From contig OZ320316.1 of assembly GCA_976226885.1 (NCBI GenBank), forward strand, positions 57,908,001-57,972,000: a stretch of DNA of 64,000 nt. The letters run 5' to 3'. Below are positions 11,813 through 27,392 of the stretch, one piece after another. Position numbers and translations under genes: made by a program. The stretch's first letter is position 1, and each line of letters opens with the position of its first letter. A model generated the notes under the pieces. That model searched no databases, was not told the origin of the DNA, and saw only the letters and a list, made by a program, of their open reading frames with translations. Source of the DNA: Iphione sp. A-MEVVRFRX5. Taxonomy: Eukaryota.

Positions 11813-14800
11813 TTAGTAAGTTTAGTAAGAAGGATTGGACCTAATTTGAAACTCTCGTGCCTATGAAACAACTACCACAGACACACAGTAGAATGCACCC
11901 TTGCCCAGGCGCTATTGTTCAACTTTTCTACGACGGTCAAATCCTGCATCGCTCTCAGTTCTAATGACAAATTACACTTTTTTCACGCCCCATCGCGCCT
12001 GTGATGTATCTCGCTGGAAGCAATAACATTCGACGCACAAAAATGACGAATAATCCGCCCTGATTAGCCGCCTCGCGATTCAAACCTGCCATCGTTTGGA
12101 CCAATTAGGAGACCGTTTTTGACAGGCCGCCAAGCACCGCACCTGCATACTACTGTAGCGGGCACGACATGGTCACACGGCAATTGTCAGGGCGCTGCCG
12201 ACAGGAATCCCTGCCTGAGAAAAAACAAGCAGCACCGACGATTTGGTAAAGCAAAGGAATTTCAGGACAAGGCAGGTTGACTATATGAAGCTAAGTACAA
12301 GTGGAACAGCTAGGAACAGACTGGTTTAAGAAGCAGAGAAAGCAAAATAGAAATTGTGTAATAAGCGGTAGAGGATATGGCTTCTAGAAGCAAGTATTCG
12401 TGTATAAACATGTTGATGTATATTTATGAGAGTATCTGCGACGCGGTAGGGAGATGTATACCACAGGACGTTGAGCAGTGAGCAGCTCATACTTCTCACC
12501 TTACTTGAATTTACTGTTCCACCATATTTGATTCTTCATATTTGCTCGGATGGAGAGACGATACACATTGTAAGGCGACCACCGCAACCTACCGAGAAAT
12601 CGGAAGTAGAGGCCCTCCCTCTGAAGACGTGCAAGGCAGCAACACTGGAACACCACGCGGTTGTCTATTATTTGTTCTGAAATACTTACGTTCTCTTGAT
12701 AGTTACTGAAATGTCAATATGAAAATGTATGCTCCACCGGGACAAGGTACTGATCTAGGAAAACATTAAAATTGATTGTTCTTTGAAAAAGGCGATGAAT
12801 GTACGTAGAATTTGACGAGATACCATATTTTGTTATCGTTATGCCCCCGCCATTAATGTTTGCTTTGATTCGGATCAAAGATGGAAACCCTCATCAATCA
12901 GGTGCACACGTTTGTTCCATGAAAAGTGCAATGTAAGCTTTACACGTTTGGTGCATTTTTTGTTGGTGCCAATACTAATTGGGAAGGAGAGGTGAGGAGG
13001 AGTCATTCGTTGCTTTCAGTGCGGTAACCGTGATAACTAAAATATTACTCTGGCACGGATGTTAGTTTCGAATTCAGCTGTTACGCAAACAAGAAATGGG
13101 AACAAAGGAAGACCTCCTATAAATTCCCGTTTTAAGTGTAACTAAGGCGAATGGTTGTACCCAATCAGCGTTGACAGCCGTTGCTGCACTGATTGAGTGC
13201 ATAGAAGTGGCTGATCACGCAGAGGTCTCAGGGTTAATCCCAAACCGAAATTTGTAAGAATCAATTCCGTCACACTTAAAAGGAATCAAGAACACTAATA
13301 CGTAAATACGACATTGAAAAACATTGTGTAAAAACCATCTCACAGAACGCTTATTTGAGCGTCATAGTCAACGTCATACATTCACTAAACTAATTCAATA
13401 AGCTGTTTATTATGTTTATAACATTTTTTGGCATATGTCCCTCAGGGGAAGAAGATGATCACATGATGTGTTAAATTAAAGCGTCAGGTTTTTGCGACTA
13501 CAGGGAGTCCTGTGATGTACTATATTACATCGTAACCTTAAGTGTGAATCTACAGAGACATTCAAGCTTGATCTGATACAGTCTTATAGAACTGATGGAA
13601 AGGTTCTATTTAAAATGTAATCTTTCACCAGGCAGTACAGTTAGAAACACTTATTACAGGTACACCCACATGATACGCGCAGTAGGAAAACCTACCGGAT
13701 CCCGGTACAGATTGTTCCCGTCATGAAAAGTTAGCATTAGGATCTTAATGGAGTGTGACTTTTGGGCGTGATAACAGTGATTGCTATCATAAAACACGTG
13801 ACGCTTATGGTACTGTGGACGGACATGCTTCTGTGATGACTACATACACTACTCATACGTGGCATCACCATACAAAGTGCAGTCTGAATATGAAAATATT
13901 TCAGTATTATGAGTAAAGGTGCATGTGCTTCTCTTTCATATGTTATAGGCTATTTAGACCAATTGATATCCGACTATCCATGGAGCCCCTCTAACTACTC
14001 TCAACTATATACTCTTATCAATGGTGTTACATGCTGGTCGTACTGGGACTTTCCGTACCGTCGTTACTTGCGAGGCGATAGTAGCAGCGCAGCTGCAGCT
14101 GCAGGGCTTGTGCAACAGGCTTCTCCTGTTACACATCGCACAATGGCGGGCTGCAATATCCGCGCTGACACGGTCACAGACCAATATCCGTGCTTTTTAC
14201 CGAATAGCAGAGCAGTTGTCGCAGTATCAGCCGGTCCAATAGCTGACAAAGCTTTCTTGACAGCAGCTTAAGTATGCAAAGTTGTGATAATTTCGCCAAA
14301 TTCCTCACACTCCTTGAAGTGCACAAAGCAAGGTGTGAGGAACATAAATATCAGAAAAATGGTCAAGGACACAAAGACAAATTTCGGATGGTAAAACTGC
14401 CAGCATGAACTAATCTACAGATTTCAGGGTATAATCCTCTGAGCGACTTGCAATGGCGTATTGTTCATTCGATGACAGAGTAGCCCAGACCCTAGACATG
14501 TCTGTTCCTTCCCTCCACCTGGCCCGTTACCCACATGAGAGGGAATAAAGAGCCCTTTTAACCCAATGACTGAGGGACGGGGAGAGGCATGTGTTAGAGA
14601 GGCCTATTACCCTAGATTCGTATAGACCTGCATGAATGGGCAGCAACCTCGCATGAGGGTACGTTCCCATGGTTAACAATGGATCCAGGTCTTATCGCGT
14701 GGCGAAGTGGTGTTCGGGGAACAAGAAAAGAGGGGTTCATCACCAGGACAAGCGCCGAATATAGAGATGTTAATTTGTTATGGCCTGTAGGAGTACGATC

Positions 14801-17800
14801 CCCATACATGCATATTCATACCCCATCCCCTGCTGCCCAGGCTACTGTCCATCTGCCTATCGTCACCTCATGGCTATGGATATTAGGACATCGATTGTAC
14901 CGCGGAACGAAGTCCATGAGTTGGTGTGCTAGGGCGCTCATCCGGCGAGGGGCTGTGTGGTGGTATTCCTGCGCGGAGCAGAACAGGGGAATGCAGAGGA
15001 AAGCCAGTGATGGGGAATGCTGTCAAGTCGGCTGCGGGTCGGGCGATGATACGGTCGGCGATGGCAGGCAGGCAGCGTCGGCCGCAAGTGCCGTGGCGGC
15101 TCCTGTAGGCCTGGCATAGTCACATTTCTCTATCGTCAACTGACGAGCAAGCGCCAGTGTATCCCAAATCAGGAGAGGCATGATAGGTGAAGGCACGGTG
15201 ACGGCTTGTTAGTGTTTTGTGGCCGAGTGCGGATGGTCCGGCTCCGTGAGTGGGTATTGTTACCTAGGCTGACACATATTGACTACAGGGGCCACAGTTG
15301 GCAAAGCTGACCGCCAGCACTCTCCAAAAGGGACGTATTGACACGCTCCTGTCGGCCGTCCTGTAGGCTGATTCAGCAGTCTCCACAAATACCCGCGCTA
15401 ACTCCTGGCAAGGTAAGTAGATTCGCGCTGTTATTTCCTATGGTTAGGACCTCAACAGCTTGTCGCTCAATAAGCGTAATTGCGTCTAGCAAAGTGGACC
15501 CGGAAGACATGTGGGCCCAGATTTGTAATCTTTTGGTTAGTTCAACGTGGCTGCGACCGCTTTATATCGATCGTATCGAGGTAACAAAGCGTTGCCTTTT
15601 GTTGGTGCGCGCCTTTCAGTTTCACACTGTAGTGGCAAGCAGTCGATGGCATGTGGTATGGCCAGCCAGGTTCATGGGGCTGTATGCAATGAGGAGAGTT
15701 CATGTGCCCAACGACTGATAAGAACCTCTTAGGTATTGCCCATCATCTTTGCAGCTGCACAGTTGAGATACAATATCACGAATAATCAATATTAATTGAA
15801 TTCAGTAGGCTGAACGTATTTTGCTCTCCCATGTATAACGAGGCAATTTTTCTACCCAAAGCTGATTTGTTATCACGTTACGTGCACTTGCCGAATGCAT
15901 GCACTTCTTATGGGCAACTGCTATAGTAGGCTATTTATACAGACATGTACCCCTCACTTTGTCTTCAGGTTACATGCAGTGAAAGGTGTTTTCCATAACG
16001 AATGAGTTACAAGATCACTGGTCTGTGAAGAACGTTTTCACCCCCACACTGTCGTAACAGTATGCCTACTTCTCTGTCTTTATAATGAGTTCTAGAAGTA
16101 CATACATAATAATATAATTGTCGAGTGTTTCACACTTTGGTAATATAGAGTTTATGCGGCACATAAGCACAGCGAATACATTTACATCATACCAATCCTA
16201 GCTTAGACAGACCGACCACACATCACCATACATAAGCCCAGGGGCGTCATAGTTCATCGACAAACGACCCCAAATCGGTTATCAGAAATGCTTGTGATGA
16301 CATTAAGTGCGGTGAAGCAGGTGCACTGCCATTGATTCCGGTCTCATTAGACCCTTAGGTAGGGAAAGCTGTGTGTCAATAATAACACACATGGTGTCCC
16401 AACTCAATGATATATTTATCAGACTTTTCGTTCTGTCACAGTAAAAACCAGACAATGAAGTAACATTTCCGGCACTCTTGAGTCCCTTTTTGCGCTCCCC
16501 AGCTGCCTCACTACAACTTTGATGTTCCATTACAGCTATTGTTTTCACACTGAGTAATGGTTTCATCAATATCGTGATCATTAGGAGTAGCTTCATCCGT
16601 GGTTTATGCCTATGGGCCTGATAGGTATTGAGAAGAACGGACAGAATAATAATTCCCAGCTATTTTTATACGTGAGGAGCCTCGTGAGTAATTTTATCTA
16701 CATCTTCATTGAGAGGGAAAATGTCAAACATTTTCTGCAGGCTCCTGCATTTTGACCTTGGAAGTAATGATGAATGTAAAACCAGGCGTCGGGATAAAAT
16801 ACCCGCTAGAATGATCAGCCAAGCACAAGGAGATAAGTTCAGCCATCGAATATACATCAAAAAGTACTTGGGGCTCCTCTCATGGTAAAAAGAAATCGTC
16901 TTCACTGTCACTGTAGCACGCCATAAGTTACACACAGCCAGGAAGCGCCACAAAGAGACTGCTATTCATCGGATCTCACCATCCCAAGACGTTTATGTCT
17001 CACTAACGAGTGAGGCATAAGAGGGTGACATGCCAGTCCTGACTGGGGCTGCGACTAGCGATAATAGATAGGGTTTGTTCTCCCAAAATTGCATAGACTC
17101 GATAGCCTGCAGTCGAGTAGTAATGCGGCGGCTTTCTTCAGTCGCACCAACCGTAGCTGCAGTCCCAGACGGGCCGTCAGGGCGGCACGCCCAACTTTTA
17201 CGAGCGAAGCCAGTGTCGGCGTAGAACGGGCGTCTGCTATCTGCAATGCTATTCCACGCTTTGGGCAACCCCCTACTACGATACCAATTTGCCGTAAATG
17301 GCTTTCCAGTCCGCGCGGGGAGGCGCTCTCGTAAATTGACCGTACGTGCATCTGTTGATGTGTTCGGCGCGACCGGGCTCGACGACCGGGGCCAACTGAA
17401 GTGGCCAGCTCCCGTCACCGACAAGCTGGGTCTATGGGCGGAGGCCACACGTCGTCGAACGCGCCATTCATCTGGCTTCCAATGTGGCTTCGCCTAATGT
17501 TGAAGCTCTCAGTTGCCACCGCGATGTGTGGTTATAAAAAATGCGTCTCAATGTTACCAGTAGGGTCAAAAAGGTCGACAAGAATTGTATGTCAAGTTTG
17601 AAGGCAGAATTCCAGAAGTAATCACCGCGCTACATTTATTAAAGCAATACTGTTCCACCGCCCACACGATCTAGCAGTAAGAGGCAGGTCACCGGTCGAT
17701 ATCTTGCGTGGCGTAGCCAGGCAAGAAAGAGACGAATCCTCTGCTTGCCCTATTTGCCTAAAAAAGCAAGAAACATCCAACTTAGGGCATCGTTTATCTG

Positions 17801-20800
17801 GAAGTAGTGATATATCAGACTGACGGCTGAAGGCAGACAAATTTGACGTCGTCAGTGAACCTGACAAACCCTCTCGAACCATGAGGCAGCAAATAACACG
17901 CTTTATAACAGCTAGGGAGACCTCGTATAGTTCGCTTTAATAAGTTCTCAGGACCTAAGCGGCCAACTCTATTGCTGCTGCCTTCGACCGCAAAGTTGCC
18001 GCTTCAATCATGAAATACACTGCCAGTGCTGCCTATCGTACGAAGCTGTAATATCACAAGCAGACACAGGCGAGCAGCAACGATCGTTATATGTAGAGGC
18101 CCTTGGAGGGAAACACGAGGTACACGACAGGGGGAGCTGCAGCAGGCTAGTATTGCCAGGGAAGGACAGGCTAAGCGAACAGAAGGTAGGCGATAGGACA
18201 ATGCTTCTTCCATGCCAGAATCCTCCTATAGATCGGAAAAGAGCGATATCGTGCACTCAGTCTAATCTGACCGAGCCCAAATCGATTTATCATCACGAGG
18301 CGATAACGGTGCGTGGAAGGGTGTGACAGAGCGTGAAAGCACCGTAACATCTGACACCTACTAGAGCAGGCGAGTCATGCCCATGAGGCACAGCTGTATA
18401 TTTCTCTTTAGATGATAGGTTGTAAAGTGGGACAACTGTCAGAGGCTCGTCGTTAATTTCACAAGATTATCCATTGTATGTATATTAAGCGTATTCATAA
18501 ACTGTGCCTTTCCATCTTAATCTCTCTCAATCTGCTCTTATTGTATAACACATATGGTCGATAGCTTCAGCACCTTTAGTTCTTATAATAAGCACACAGT
18601 GATTAGCTCAATACAGATCTAGTTGACTGCAAATTACAGCAGGCACAGTAGTACACCGAAGGAAAGATGGCAACTTCCACACCTGTTTGTTTGAGCCATA
18701 TTCATGTGGTCCTTTTTATATTCATTAATAAAATGGATATAGTGTACTAGAGTTTACAAAGAGCCTGTTAGCTCAGTTGAGTAATTACTAACCCTGTTGC
18801 ACATGTTTTTGATTGTCTTTATTGATTAGAAGAGGGCATGCGTCAAAAGCAAAGGAGCCGTAACAGAGGTGGACAGTGTAATCGCCGAGGTAGGTGCTTC
18901 ACTGAATGTGAATAATCACCTGGCCTGAAGCGCGCCGACTCAAGGGTGAGAGAAGCCAATTGGCCCTCAAGATATGAGTGGTTTCAGTGATACATCGCCG
19001 GCAGGATCGATGCCCTGGGGCCACTGATCTCGCCCGAGAATCCCCAGCTACAGAGTCACGCTGTACATAGTGGATCAATTTTGTCATTTCATTTTTAATG
19101 CCTCAGCACATATCTATTTCGAGACCCTGTTAAAAAAAGGGCCAATAGGAAGTACTGCTGTGCAAATGTGTAAAAATAGAAATACAGATCGAATTATCGT
19201 AGAAATATACTAATAGGTCGACTGTGATAAGCCTGTTGTGCACAATTTTTTAAGTTGCTGGGGTTTTCCGTATTGGCATTAGTACTGTGAAAAGCCCCCT
19301 TAAATACTTATTGAATTAAATATTACAGCTACACAATTTCCTGTATTATTTTTCTTTACAAAATACCGTTTCCTATCTTTGGATGGAACACAATCTAATA
19401 CAGTTACCTATATCAGAGATTTAAGTACAGAATTTAAAGCAGCAACCGTTTAGAACTACGTTATAATGTGTAGCTGATAAAAATAGTTTAAAAACTCCGA
19501 CTGCATTTTAAAACATGTTGCCTTTACCTGAAAGATATTGGTCGATTCATCAACCAATAAGGCGTGCCTTAGTTCATGCTCCTTTCTTTCAGCAATATGC
19601 TGACTATCCTTGGGCATTCGCTCTTCATTTCCCGGCCCACCGCTCACATCCTCAAGCAGGTGTAAAACCCAAAGGGACCACCAGTCAGGTGCGGGCATCT
19701 GGGCGGAAAATCCCCACATGGGGCTCCACAGAGGCTGCTCCTACCCAGCATCTCGCCGACCTATATGTCTGCAAACTCTCGCTGACTGGCTACCTTCGTT
19801 CGTAATTTATCAGCCGAGCAAATACATTGTCACCGTCAAAGATTTTATAGGAACAACGACTGGATGTTGAAGTTATGTTTACATAAATAAGTACAAAATA
19901 TCTGGTAATGACCACACATATAAATGTCAATAACTGAAATTCTTATTAGATGCTGATCATCTTTATTTGCAAAAGAGTAGTCATGATAGAGTATCATTTT
20001 GCTTAATGTTTCCGTTACATTGCCCTACTTCGAAAATTCCGTCCGGAGTCAAGGTAGAGATAATTAAGGCTGTGTTGCCACCAGCTGATGAGGTATCGGG
20101 CACTCTAGCTGCTAATGGTAGTCTGATTGCCTGGAAAGACTGATAGAAGACAGCTGGGACCTACTGACCCTCTAGTAGCTGTAGTCGAATGACTCTAGCA
20201 AGCTGCCGCAGCTGTCAAATCAGACGGTAAGTAGAACTATTGAAGAGGGAACTCTGTCTGAAGTAGATCTGTGATAGAGTGGGGCGGGAGAGTCGGGACA
20301 TCAAGTCATGCATCCGTAGGAAGCTATTCATCATTACTATTGGTCATTTAGTCGGCAAGCAGTCAGTACTAGAGTCATCATCATCACTTCTACCTTTAGC
20401 CATACACCACCCAGGTCGCTAGCAGCAAGCTGCCGCCTCTCCCTGGGAAAAAAACAAAAGGCCGTCCGTCCCGACGGCCGGAACTAGCTGTCAGCACCCT
20501 CTAGGAGTAATGTGAGGATAATAGTGTCCCCCTAGAGATCAGTGAGCGACCATGGTAGCCCCGACCCTGAACCCCTTTCCAGCCAAAGGGTCCAAACTGG
20601 CCCTCTGTCTCGAGACCTGAAAGCCTCCTCTGGCGGTCAGACCCGGAAGTGGCAATGGCGGACAGGAAGCCACCCGTTCCCAGCGGAAGCGAGCGCCTGT
20701 GCCTGTCTATTGCGGCTCTCCATTACTCAATCATGACGCCAGGTGGTGCAATTACTAAGGGAAGCGCCTTAACGTGGCGGCTTCAGCTGTAGCCCCTATA

Positions 20801-23800
20801 TCAATTAACCGGCCCGGTGTCTTTTCAACCGGGGACGAGGCGAGGTCTTTGGAAAATAGTTGATTCGGATAGGCCTAAACAAGTGCATGTCCATCTATAG
20901 ATGTTGTGGCTGTTCTTTCAGCTTCCTTCCATAGAAGGTGAATGTCTATAGATGATAGTAATACTGTTCGATACATAGCATCGGGCACACATGGTTCATT
21001 AACTTCATTAACAGCACACCATTTCTTTGCGTTTGTATATCCCGTCTGTTTGCTTTCAGGTGGACACATACATGATATGTGTGTGTTTTCCTTACCATAA
21101 TGACATCCACAATGCTGCCTCTATCTATTGCGTTAACATTAGCTGTTTTATACGGAGCTTAATGTTAATACCGTCGCAGCCATGGACTGGATTATTAAGA
21201 GTAGTTTCGGAAGAGACAATATAGCCCAACAAGTAACTGGGTTCCCGCCGTTTCGCTTTCCTAGTTTTTTTTCTGATCAGAAGCAAAAAGAACAGCTGCT
21301 TGTTTTTATGACGTTTGCGAATTCTTTGATTATGACATAAAAACGCGTTCTCCTTACCTTTATGATTTAATCTCTTAGCGTGGTTCTTTATGTGTCTTGC
21401 GTGCCACTGTTCGTCACACGGCAGCGTCCATTTCTTTTTCGACCCATGCTGGAAACTGCCGAACGACAGGAGCCAAGTGTGAGCTGTTATTGAGTCACTC
21501 GCTGAGGCTTTCGGGATGAATAATAGCTGACGTGTCACAACAAGCAAAGTGGAGATTTGTGAGGCGTGCTCACCATTAGTGTTGGTCAGATCAATGACCG
21601 GCCATGGGGCTGTAATGACAAGCGGCTCCTTACCTTTACACAACTGATGTGTGATGGCAGCACTCCGGGTGTCCATGTCCTGTGTAAACGCAAGCTACGA
21701 GGGGGCCTATCGACAAGGGGTAATAATAAGGGAGACAGTGCACGTCTCCCTTTGACGCTTTGCTTGTAATGTAGGGCAAACAGGATGCATAACTCCACAA
21801 AAATGGGACATAACAAATGACCTTCATGACCTGAGGCAAACTAGTTTGGTATATTAGTAATTACCTACTGAGAAGCTTCCCTCGTCAGCCTATGTGCCTG
21901 CAGTATATGCACACGTCATGACAACAGTAGGTATATTCCTGTCGCCCGGTCCTCCATCATTAGCGTATATCCAACGTCGACAATCAATCAATATGGGGTG
22001 ATTACCTTTAAAACCACAAATATTCCCCATGGTGGGTCGTTCCTCAGTGTGTCTGTGGCTGATGTTCCCGCTCTGTCGGCTGTACCACAACCATGGCTGC
22101 TCCAGCCTTGAGCCGCCTAACACTTACCGTCGATCAGCGGAACTGACAAACGCTCTACCGGAAAGATTGATGAGTCGAGACTCTATCTTCCAACGTGCCA
22201 GGATTACTTCCTGCCATATCTGATCTAGGTCTTCCGGGTTCCCTGAAGGTCACAGGCTCGCAGTAATGAAAATATGATGGTCGATCTCCAATGATGACCT
22301 TGAAGATAGTACGAGTGAGGACGCCTGATTACTGCAGAGTTTCTCAGATGGAATAAATACAGCACCTGATAGGAGATAAAACAGATTAGGTTAAGGTTTT
22401 TGACCTAAAGAAAAAACCATGTTGTCTTTGTTTTGTGGGTTAAAAACCAACACTGAATGGCTTACAAAAATGATGGTTCCCAGCAAGGTTAATTGAATGT
22501 AGCATAAAATAAGATCAGATTGAAAATATTCGTATTCAAACAAAAGCATTTTGAGCCCATTCAAAACGTTTTATGTTGTTTCTGTATTATAAGTGAAGAT
22601 ATTTGTTCGTTTCCTGCAAAATGCGATTGTTAAAATAGGAAACTACCCTGAAGTCGCGATCTCTTCATATGAGAGTCGAAATTCAAACAGCATGAAGAAT
22701 TCTGTGTGTAATAGTGTAACGTGATGTTTTCTTATAGCATGGTAGTCGGATAAATCTCCCTTTTACAGCGGATTACATATCCACATAGATGTTTTCTTCT
22801 AGAGGGACGGAAAGGAGGGCACATTCAACATATCGCAGTAGAATTCCGTTTTTAGTCTAAATGGTCCGATCGCCTTACTGGCTTGTTTTTGTGTCGAAAA
22901 TAAACAATCGTAATACAGAGAGGAATGATAGTTCCAAGACAAAAAATGGCGGATAATTGTTGGAGTAATATTTTTCTCTGACAAATAATCCAAAGGCTTT
23001 CAAGGAGAACAATTGTAATCGAGTATTTAAAAGTCATCGCGTGAAATATTGATGCTTCTGAACTTTCTAGATTACAATAACGCCATTCATGAAGATTGAT
23101 TCCTGCTGCCCAGCGCCACTGTCGCCAGGCGCAATAGTATGACGGTAGCGGACTGAATTGCACAGGCCACTCCCTCCGTAGCAGTTTGTGCGTACCCGAT
23201 AGATTTCCAGGTTACGTTATTCGAGGCGCCACTGGCCTGCATTGGCGTCCACAGGCAACTGATGCTTTGCCGTGGTGGGTGTATTGCACCCTGCTGATGG
23301 TGTTGGCACGACCTACCCGGGGCAGGAATATTGAAGCCATGTCAGGAACGGCGCACCACTTGAAGTCCTGCGGGGGAGAGGGCGTGTATTTTGTTGGTTT
23401 TCCTATTAGCATATAGAGTAGGCATGCGAAGATGTGGCCCGGAATTAGATGGGAAGCTGGCCGAGGGTCTCAGCGCTTCCCTGGCCAATCTCACTTCGAA
23501 TGATTCGGGTATCAAATCGCGGTGGGACATTTTAAAAATCATCCGCCGCGTACCGCTTCCCACATTTGCTACCAGAAATTAGGTTTCCTTTCAGAGATTT
23601 AGGACATTTTCCCTCCGCGAAAGACCTTTTAATGTTGAGCACGCCTACAGTTATGAAACACACTAGATGTAATCATATTCCCTGCGTGAATATGAAAATA
23701 CTACTCGCTTGAAGCTGATTTAAATTCATTGATCAAAACACGGGAAAAATCGAATTATCTGTTTGTGGCACCTAATAGACAATCCGTGATTTATAGCTTG

Positions 23801-26800
23801 ACATCTCGACCCCTGGCTTGCAATAGGATGGTGCCGTTAGTGGGTTGTGGGTGGCCAATGTGACATGGGGTCAGATAGCTTTTCCTAGGGGTCACAACGA
23901 TCAATCGGTTAAGGGCCGGCAAATTCGCATTGAAATGAATGCCATCGCTTGATTGGCCAGCACAAGCTTTCACCAGATGGAAACAATGGTGCCAGGTCTG
24001 AGCCCTAGAGAGCCACATAAGTGACCATCACTCGGGCTAGGTTGAAGCTGGTCAATCCCAAGTCTCATCAGTTGACTGTTCGGTGCGCCCTGCCAGCCAC
24101 ACCCCCGCTAATAACGAACGATGGGCCGACAGGCCAACCGGGAGGTGGCGGCCGCACGGGGTTGCCCTCTCTACATAGCCCGAATCATCACCCTCATTAT
24201 AAACAAATGCCATACGGATCAATACATGGTCCCGCTGGTCCCGTGAGATAATCCCGCAGGCTCGCACAGATTTGGACTGAATCCAATTAGTCAGCCTCGG
24301 ACGTTGGGGGTTCTCTGAGAGGCTTGTAAGCATGAGGTCCCGCAGGACAGCCATCCGCCTCTTTGATGTGACTCCAGTGTAAATCAGCCTCCCCAATACG
24401 GTACTTCCCTTTAGGAGGCATCACATCAGCAGTGATGTACCAGACAGTGGGCATAACTAATCATTCGTCATTAAACGCACGGATACTGCGTGCAACTGCC
24501 GCACAACCAGTGATGATTGATAGGAGATGGTGAGTCATAAATAATGTGAAATTTAACACAGATCTTCATATTTTGATAACACGTACCGTCTATATGCTAG
24601 ACACAGGCCACTCAAATAAATAGGCCAAGTATAAATAGATGACTGACAACATTTGGTGAGGCACATATACATGCAATTTCATGTGATAGGGGAAGAACTG
24701 GACGGAATATAAAGCAGCGACCCTTGGGTGCCCAGATTGATGGAACAATAAGCCGGGCGAGTAGCTCGCAGGGTGGTGAGCTATGCCGAGGGAGGTGGCC
24801 CTGTCAATAGCCGACAAGCAGCCATCAATACAAGACACTACATGTACATGCATGACCGAACAAAACTACTGAATGGCTAACAACTCTCGTCGACGTGCTT
24901 TGAAAGAAAGGAAATCGTGTTGAATGTATTTATGACACATGAATAGCACCGGCCCCTTAAGAGAACATACCACCGAGCCAAGTTAAAAGAATGCGATTGC
25001 ATTTACAGCTCTGATTAGACTAATAAGGACTTGGCGGGACAATCCTCACCCTCGAGGGGTTTGTTTTCATTTTTCATGTACCGGAAGTGTCTTTCCTCGC
25101 ACGATGCATCATTTGAAACTCTATATGTAATTCATGATAATTCAGAAGTACGAGAGAAGACTACGTATTAATCACTCGTAGATAATTATACATTGTGATC
25201 GTTTGTCTCTCGTCGAAAAATTCCAGCCATCTTCAAGTGCGATATTTTCCGGTGTGCATAGCCGCTACAATCTTGTTGTTATGCATGCGGAAAGAGATCG
25301 GCTAAATGATTGCCAATTAGCCGGGAAATAGATGGAGTTATCCGTTACCGACAGGTCTTGCTTTATGACGTTGGGACTTCTCCTAGAGGCAGATTCATTC
25401 ATTTATTTGCTCTGTGAAGAAAGGCGATTGGGTTGGTGGGCATGAGTGGGAGGCGAGTATTCCAGCTTGGCTGAGCAGCTCCTGCAGACAATGAGGAATG
25501 CTCTCTCGTCCCAAGCACAAAGAAGGCCACAGTGTCGGAGCAAGTAATCACACACTATGCCCTACATAGGTGGCAGGACCCCTCCCTTCTTTCACCCCAA
25601 TTCCAACCGAGCCCCGCAGGGAGGATTGCTTCCCTATGAGACGTACAGTCGGAAACCTAGCAATATCTCCTTTCTGACGGATATTACTTTGAATTGTAGC
25701 ACTATATATACCGGCGGAAACTGTACCCACAAATAAAAGTGCAGCCCACCTTATTGGTGTCAATAAGGCAGATGACGTGCGCGGCAAAGTAATCATGTGT
25801 GGGTAATGAAATTGCAGTTTAAGCCTTTTACAACATAATGGCTTCGCACGAGGTCTTTTTTTATTTTCTAGATTTGTCACTGATGCAAGGACAATACTAT
25901 TCGCTCTATCGTTGAAGGACATTCTGTCAGTGTCCAGATAATATAGACAACGAATAAACATCAAAACTGAAGTTTTTTTCATGTTTTTTTCTTGAAAGCC
26001 GTTCTGAAGCAGGGACCTGTTAGGTTTCAGTATCGCCTGAAAGTATCCCACCCTGATCCTGTAAATCCTGGTTTTTGTGGCAGACGCCTCTTCCAGCACG
26101 AAGTGCAATGTTATTTGGCCTTGGAATCTGGTTCCATCTTAGATTGCTGCACAGGTACTTCTTGACAGAATAATTCAGAGTACCTCAGGTGCTGTCAGCC
26201 GTAGCAGGTGGCACGGTTTACATTCAGATAGGAGGCAACCCTTAGGCATTGTAATAGGACCTTGACGCCTTTACCAATGAGGCGACGATTCGGCTGCTCT
26301 CAAAGCCTGGTCAATGTCAACCGAAGAAAGCCGATTCGTCCCTCCCGGCTATAATTCTTTAGAGGACATCCCAGCCGGGGATTTCTTTAACGGTTACAAA
26401 CTATAAATATTGATTGAACGTCCGGATTTTGATGACATGAAATGACTAGGAAATATTAAATATCCTCCTGGGTATCTTTAAATATTTGTATGCATTGGCC
26501 TGTTTTACTGTTTTCTTTTACCGGCAACAGGGAAATTAATGATCGGAAATGCCCTTTTGAAATTAAAGAAAAGATGCCTAAAATATTGTCACCCCTGAAT
26601 TGCTATGGTTATAGAAAACAACAGTACAGCGTTCATTCGTGAACATTTAATTTTATAACAGGTGGGACAGTGCAATGAGAACAACAATTGTGTGAATAAC
26701 AAACAGCGTCTTTTACTGCAAGATTTGAGCAAACTACGCTGGTATTAAAGCGAATGCACAATGATAACATGGAGTGCAGATATCATATTCTCACTTAAAT

Positions 26801-27392
26801 GCCAGTGATGATAGTTGCATACGTCACTCATCAAAAAATCTTCGGGAGTTCCTCTGGTCGTAAGAACAGTTGCATTGTCACAATTGAGGTAAAAACGCTT
26901 ATCCTTCTATTAGACCTTTAATACCCACCAATTACATAATCCGATTTTGTGAGTATGTAAGCCTTTTATGATTCCGAGAACATTTGGGTTGTTTGAATGA
27001 TTTTATTATAGAAGTACAACATTTTAAAACGGCGCATAATAAGTCTAGAAGCCGATGAGTAATGCATTTCCTTTAGGAAATCAGAATAGGTGGTATGCGG
27101 AGAGCGTGACCCAATCTCTTTCGCTTGAGAAGCCCATCGTCACCATCTGGAGGAAAACGGTTCTCTATCCTGTGTCACAACCGGCTAAAAAGGAAGCTGT
27201 TTAATGGATACGACAGTTTCGCCATATACAGTTGACGTCCCCTCGTGGACATGTCGGCAATGCAGATGCATCCCCAATATGGATGATTTGGAAAAGAGCC
27301 GACTTTGTTCCCATACATAACCATTATAAGGAGACATCTCCAGTGAGGACAGTTAATTTTACAGAGCGTCTCCCTATGGACACTGTTGTCAT

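Noticed and set aside
17690-17823. CPICL, the start of a RING-like motif
   Set aside because: The remaining Cys/His ligands are absent and the frame stops shortly after.
19590-19610. QQYADY resembling the reverse-transcriptase YADD motif
   Set aside because: The second catalytic Asp is missing and no upstream PQG/SP motif or other RT blocks are present.
21125-21676. 183-aa - strand ORF
   Set aside because: No recognisable domain, Lys/Arg-rich text from an AT-rich tract, and no supporting splice signals. ORFs of this size can arise by chance in 64 kb.
25548-26108. 186-aa - strand ORF, the longest in the track
   Set aside because: No family motif, codon bias or coherent exon boundaries were recognised.
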